A stretch of DNA of 64,000 nt from Candidatus Zhuqueibacterota bacterium (GTDB taxonomy: Bacteria; Zhuqueibacterota; Zhuqueibacteria; Residuimicrobiales; Krinioviventaceae), in assembly GCA_016934825.1 (NCBI GenBank), contig JAFGSB010000071.1, forward strand, positions 23,349 to 87,348. The letters are read 5' to 3'. This document shows positions 61,101 to 64,000 of the stretch, piece by piece. The notes beneath the pieces were generated by a model. The model was given only the letters and a program-made list of their open reading frames with translations. It was not told where the DNA came from and made no database searches. The stretch's first letter is position 1; each line of letters starts with the position of its first letter. The translations under genes were made by a program, and so were the position numbers.

Positions 61101-63317
61101 CGAGGCGTTGCGTTCAACGGCCGTTCAAAAGGGGCTACGTTTGTCGATATCGACCTCGACGGCGATCCGGACCTGATTGTTGCCAGCTATTCACTGTCGG
61201 GTCAGGGTTTGCCGCTGCTGCGGATGTTTTTAAACAGGGGGGACGGTACTTTTCATGATAAAAGCACGGATTACAACATCGCCGCAAGCGCTTCCGCCGT
61301 CGTAATGGCGGACGTCGACAATGACGCCGATCCGGATATGTTGCTGATCCGTAATAATAAACGGGACCCGGGCGCCAAAATACAACTTTACCTGAATGAT
61401 GGCAAGGGAGGATTTGCTTATCAGTTAACGCCGGGATTGGAGGTGGCGGGCGAGGACGCGCGCGGCGCGGCCGTCGCGGATATCGATTATGACGGCGACC
61501 TTGATCTGTTCATCTCCTGTACGGAAGGCCGGAATTTTCTATTGCGAAACGATCTGGATCATAACAGTCATTACCTGAACGTATTATGTATCGGGCCGGA
61601 AGGGGATTACGGCGGGTACGGCTCCGGGGTTTTTGTTTATGAACCCGGCTATTATGGCAATAATAATTACCTGCTGGGATACCAGGAAGCGACATCCAAT
61701 ACCGGTTATATGAGCCGAAACCAGACGGAACTGCACTTTGGGCTGAACGGCTTTACAAACTGTGATGTTAAAGTTATTTTAACGGACGGCACGGTACTGG
61801 AGTACCGGGATGTTCAGGCGGACGTGACCCTGCTTGTTGAAAAGCCTCCGTTTGAATCGAACGCGCCCGCGGTTTTCAGGCCCCTGCCTTATGGTCAGAA
61901 CAATTTATTATTGTCATGGACGCCTGTAAGCGGCGCTGACGGTTATCATGTATACCGAGATAGACTCGCCACTTTTACAGCCGATAAAACCGGGGGCGGC
62001 AACAGGATTGCCGCAGGAATCACCGACGCCGATCCCGGAACGGATGGCGTACAATGGGTCGATACGGACCCGGTGACCGGCGACAGCGAAATTAATTATT
62101 TTTATACGGTCACAGCGGTCAAGGGCAGCATTGAAAGTAACAATTCGAATTACGTCGGCGAATTTGACTTTTTACTTTCAACTACGGAAAAATCCGATTT
62201 TAATGAGATCGCGCTGCCGCTGGACATACAGGATATAACCACCGCCAAAGAGTTGATGGCCGCCGTGCCGGGGTGTAATTCGGTTGCCCGCTGGAACGCG
62301 GAATTTCAGGGGTACGAACAATATATTCCGGGGCTCGAGTTTACCAATTTCCTGGTTCAACACGGGCACACCTATTATGTCAATATTACGGTTGACGGCG
62401 TGTTCACGATGACCGGGAACCCGGTTTCGACAATCTATCAACTGGTGACGACAGCTAAGACCAGTTTTAATGATATAATGCTGCCGCTGGATAAAACCGT
62501 TTTGACCAGGGCATCGGAACTGATGGCGGACATCCCCTATTGCGACAATGTGGCTTACTGGAGCGCCGAATATCAAAATTACGTGCAATACGCCCCGCAA
62601 TTACCGGTTTCCGATTTTGTCATCCGGACGGGGTATCCCTATTATGTGAGCGTCACGGACAGTGTTTTGTGGCCGTCAAGTCAGAATAATAAAATCCCCA
62701 AAACAGCAGGCCGATCTTTAATGGCTCTCTCAACAACCGGCGCACCGCATGTTGTTTACGGGGAAATAAATTTTTCTCAAAGGCCGGAAAATTTATATTT
62801 CAGCGCTTTTATTCAGGGATGTGCAGAAAATCCTCTAACCCAAAACTCGCCGGGCTGTATCATGAACGACAATGTCTGGCTGGTACAACTGGGCCGGATC
62901 GAAAACGGCTGGAAGGCCGGAGACAAACTAATTGTGGAATTTTTCGGACAGGATGATATAAAATTCGGAAGTATAGAAAAAGAACTGAGCTGGGACCCGG
63001 CGGACTATGCCGGTTTAATTCGTCTTGAACACCCGGTAATGGAATTCATGCTTGAACAGAACTATCCGAATCCGTTCAATCCGGCGACGGTGATCCGGTA
63101 CGCGCTGCCGGAAAAGTGCCGGGTTGAATTGTTTATCACCGATGTGCTGGGACGGCGTGTCCGCACCCTGGTAAGCGGCATAAATGAAGCCGGTTTGCAT
63201 ACACTGGAATGGGACGGCAGCGATGAAAACGGAAACCGGGTTTCCTCCGGGATGTATATTTACAGTCTGAAAGTTAAAGATAAAGTATTGAGAAAGAAGC
63301 TTTTGTTGATGAAATAA
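58125..63317 (+). CDS. Giant secreted GH31 glycoside hydrolase with two PKD domains, an FG-GAP/ASPIC-like repeat beta-propeller and a T9SS sorting domain
   Basis: PKD (WDFGDGS, twice). GH31 motifs (GIDGWKTDAGS nucleophile region, AAGSDIGGF acid/base region, RWAQFGALCPIM). At least seven DxDxDGDxD repeats. C-terminal NYPNPFNPATVIRY...YIYSLKVKDKVLRKKLLLMK*. Start set at MCKRGILIFF (signal peptide). Confidence 0.75.
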   Translation: MCKRGILIFFLMYLFCSNIPEPAVGSESTHTSASVVNLSAGEQSGVQSLNGPGHSVISDLPVISNFTADDTSGNVPFTVHFTNLSSGSVQEWEWDFGDGSFKADVPNPAHVYTKAGYYTVSLKVSDPSSHNTNTKTNYIHVRARENVPIPPKWAFEPWVWEDGNNNGAYLLSLIQGYLDRDIPVGVVNIDSPWETAYNTFVFNPDTYPNARDMIDDFHDKKIKVIVWITSLINARSENDPATGKAPTYDYAKNMDYFINNGQTYLWWKGWGSFIDYTNPDALNWWHGQMHQVLNMGIDGWKTDAGSRLFPDTTKCYNGTITKKEYSHLYYQDFFEYTRKVRGDSIILFSKPFDEKPADSTYVPVNYTPTAFVGDQLHDWSNKGLLNALQNVFLTAQRNYVAAGSDIGGFTGDMDMEKNLLIRWAQFGALCPIMENGGHGEHRPWMFDEQTVNIYRYFAKLHSQLVPYLYSYGVRTHNGEAGILRPEPGAWQYRLGEEIFVSVIYQDVSARDITLPAGESWIDYWDDDIRYPAGATLPNYDCPIYKYPIFIKDGAIIPMTVKDDVTGHGSALSAGRLTVIVYPSDSSVFTFYDDDETTDFQCTSTSDIVSLNVSPSTEDYIFRVKYRIRPAQITLNKAVLTGYTSFAEFEKFATGWYYDPEQKYAWIRFSTLNTAANIVITPRTTADFTAFPVSGEAPLTVRFTDQSIAASTREWDFGDGSSLSGEQNPQHTYTDPGYYNVKLTVTGPANIDSLVKPNYIHVGSETFSFTDITASAGCLVTAPGYGQGVVFTDVNMDGKVDLFVANAGNSYLYDFLYINKGANQFQESAVSQGFTEKGHSFTMLSADFDNDGDLDAFLTREPVGSNRTVGMNKIYRNDGGFFSDVTAETGISREYNYSRGAVAADFNNDGWLDLYVVNSAARNAMYLNDGTGEMVRFHSAADGPSGDDSQKWGVTSADIDQDGDIDIYVCRNETPNWLFINDGQGIFTEEATPRGVAFNGRSKGATFVDIDLDGDPDLIVASYSLSGQGLPLLRMFLNRGDGTFHDKSTDYNIAASASAVVMADVDNDADPDMLLIRNNKRDPGAKIQLYLNDGKGGFAYQLTPGLEVAGEDARGAAVADIDYDGDLDLFISCTEGRNFLLRNDLDHNSHYLNVLCIGPEGDYGGYGSGVFVYEPGYYGNNNYLLGYQEATSNTGYMSRNQTELHFGLNGFTNCDVKVILTDGTVLEYRDVQADVTLLVEKPPFESNAPAVFRPLPYGQNNLLLSWTPVSGADGYHVYRDRLATFTADKTGGGNRIAAGITDADPGTDGVQWVDTDPVTGDSEINYFYTVTAVKGSIESNNSNYVGEFDFLLSTTEKSDFNEIALPLDIQDITTAKELMAAVPGCNSVARWNAEFQGYEQYIPGLEFTNFLVQHGHTYYVNITVDGVFTMTGNPVSTIYQLVTTAKTSFNDIMLPLDKTVLTRASELMADIPYCDNVAYWSAEYQNYVQYAPQLPVSDFVIRTGYPYYVSVTDSVLWPSSQNNKIPKTAGRSLMALSTTGAPHVVYGEINFSQRPENLYFSAFIQGCAENPLTQNSPGCIMNDNVWLVQLGRIENGWKAGDKLIVEFFGQDDIKFGSIEKELSWDPADYAGLIRLEHPVMEFMLEQNYPNPFNPATVIRYALPEKCRVELFITDVLGRRVRTLVSGINEAGLHTLEWDGSDENGNRVSSGMYIYSLKVKDKVLRKKLLLMK

Positions 63318-63321
63318 GTTG

Positions 63322-63899
63322 TAGTTCCGCTGTGACCGTGCCTCCGTATTTAGTTCCGCTGAGGCTCCGGGCTCAGCGGTTCAGATCGCGCGGGATTTCC
63401 CAATCCCGTGCGTAAAAGTGAAACCGGGATTCAATCCCGGGATCTCAATATTAAAAAAACTGGGATTGGAAATCCCTGTTCATTTCCCATCCGGGGATAT
63501 GAATCCCCGGACGATCGGATTTTTATTCCGAGGAGGTTCTGGTTCCGCTGAGGCCCCTGCCTCAGCGGTGATGGATTCAAAAGAACAGCTCTCTGAAAAT
63601 AATTGGTAAAAACAATCGGGAGAAACATCCCCCTGAATCCCTCTTCAAAGGGGGACTTGATCTGTGGGTTTTAAGAGAATTGCTATCGAAAATGGTGAAA
63701 AATCCTCAAAAGCTACCAAATCCAGTCTCCCCTTGAGGGGAGAATCAAAGAAGGGTGTCTGGTTTTCATTACATCGAATATTTTAGTTGCGCAGTGTCTC
63801 CTGCCGCTGCGGTGAAAAAATCAAGAGAGCTTGTCCGCAAGGGCGCCCGCCCTTGCTGAACGAAAAAACTTTAGTTCCGCTGATGCTCCCGCCTCAGCG
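63322..63899. repeat. Array of GC-rich stem-loops including four copies of a (T)AGTTCCGCTG(A/T)GGC...GCCTCAGCGG hairpin motif
   Basis: Copies at 63322-63346 (partial), 63351-63379, 63550-63577 and 63873-63899. Interspersed GGGATT-loop-AATCCC hairpins lie at 63397, 63438, 63471 and 63497. Further hairpins: CCCTCTTcaaAGGGGG, CTCCCCttgaGGGGAG, GCAAGGGCgcccGCCCTTGC. Confidence 0.6.
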
Positions 63900-64000
63900 T
63901 TAATGATATTAGATGTAGACATTATGTTAAAAAGTAGGAAAAAATAAAAATGAAATAGCTCCCCTAATTGTTTTATAATTATCACCACAATAATATCAAT

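Noticed and set aside
63438-63454. tRNA-like T-arm (CCGGG-ATTCAAT-CCCGG)
   Set aside because: No matching acceptor stem, D-arm or anticodon arm could be built around it. It is one of several GGGATT/AATCCC hairpins.
63322-63899. Possible CRISPR array (repeated hairpin motif)
   Set aside because: The repeat copies are imperfect and irregularly spaced (about 30, 200 and 320 bp apart). There are no uniform spacers and no cas genes anywhere in the window.
1-64000. Mobile element hallmarks (transposase, integrase, tRNA/attachment-site targets), rRNA and tRNA genes
   Set aside because: No transposase or integrase-like ORFs and no cloverleaf-compatible sequences were found by eye. None is reported.

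Overview
This 64 kb window looks like a chromosomal, polysaccharide-degradation-rich region from an FCB-superphylum bacterium. Five proteins carry Por/T9SS C-terminal sorting domains (NYPNPFNP...KKMLLLK motif), one has a Fibrobacter-type FISUMP domain, and genes use strong GGAGG-type ribosome binding sites. I see about 44 protein genes, densely packed, and no rRNA, tRNA, CRISPR array, transposase or integrase.

Gene content is dominated by glycoside hydrolases: GH116, GH97, a GH16 laminarinase, a GH63/37-like six-hairpin enzyme, and a 1752-aa GH31-PKD-FG-GAP protein. A recognisable 3-keto-glycoside-type gene set is present: two Gfo/Idh/MocA oxidoreductases, a xylose-isomerase-like TIM-barrel protein, two DUF1080 proteins and a DUF1593 protein. 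Also present are an MFS sugar porter, a TonB-dependent receptor, a secreted M1 aminopeptidase and an S41 peptidase, two PAS histidine kinases (one a hybrid), an ECF sigma/anti-sigma/GWxTD triad, a GntR-SPFH pair, and a visibly AT-rich type II restriction-modification island (alpha-class N6/N4 methyltransferase plus candidate endonuclease).

The most unusual signals are non-genic or anomalous:
- A modular composite repeat family occupies three intergenic regions and brackets a two-gene T9SS/FISUMP cassette.
- The GH16 gene has an in-frame TAA exactly at the conserved Gln of its T9SS sorting domain.
- A T9SS sorting domain sits internally, not C-terminally, in the FISUMP protein.
- A consensus sigma70 promoter plus intrinsic terminator defines a roughly 85-nt small-RNA candidate upstream of an orphan HD-domain gene.
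- A dense array of GC-rich stem-loops with four copies of a TAGTTCCGCTGAGGC...GCCTCAGCGG hairpin follows the giant GH31 gene.

I cannot point to a single complete, clearly novel multi-gene system. The repeat-bracketed cassette, the small RNA plus HD protein, and the terminal hairpin array are the best candidates for undescribed biology. All calls rest on motif recognition by eye, without database searches.
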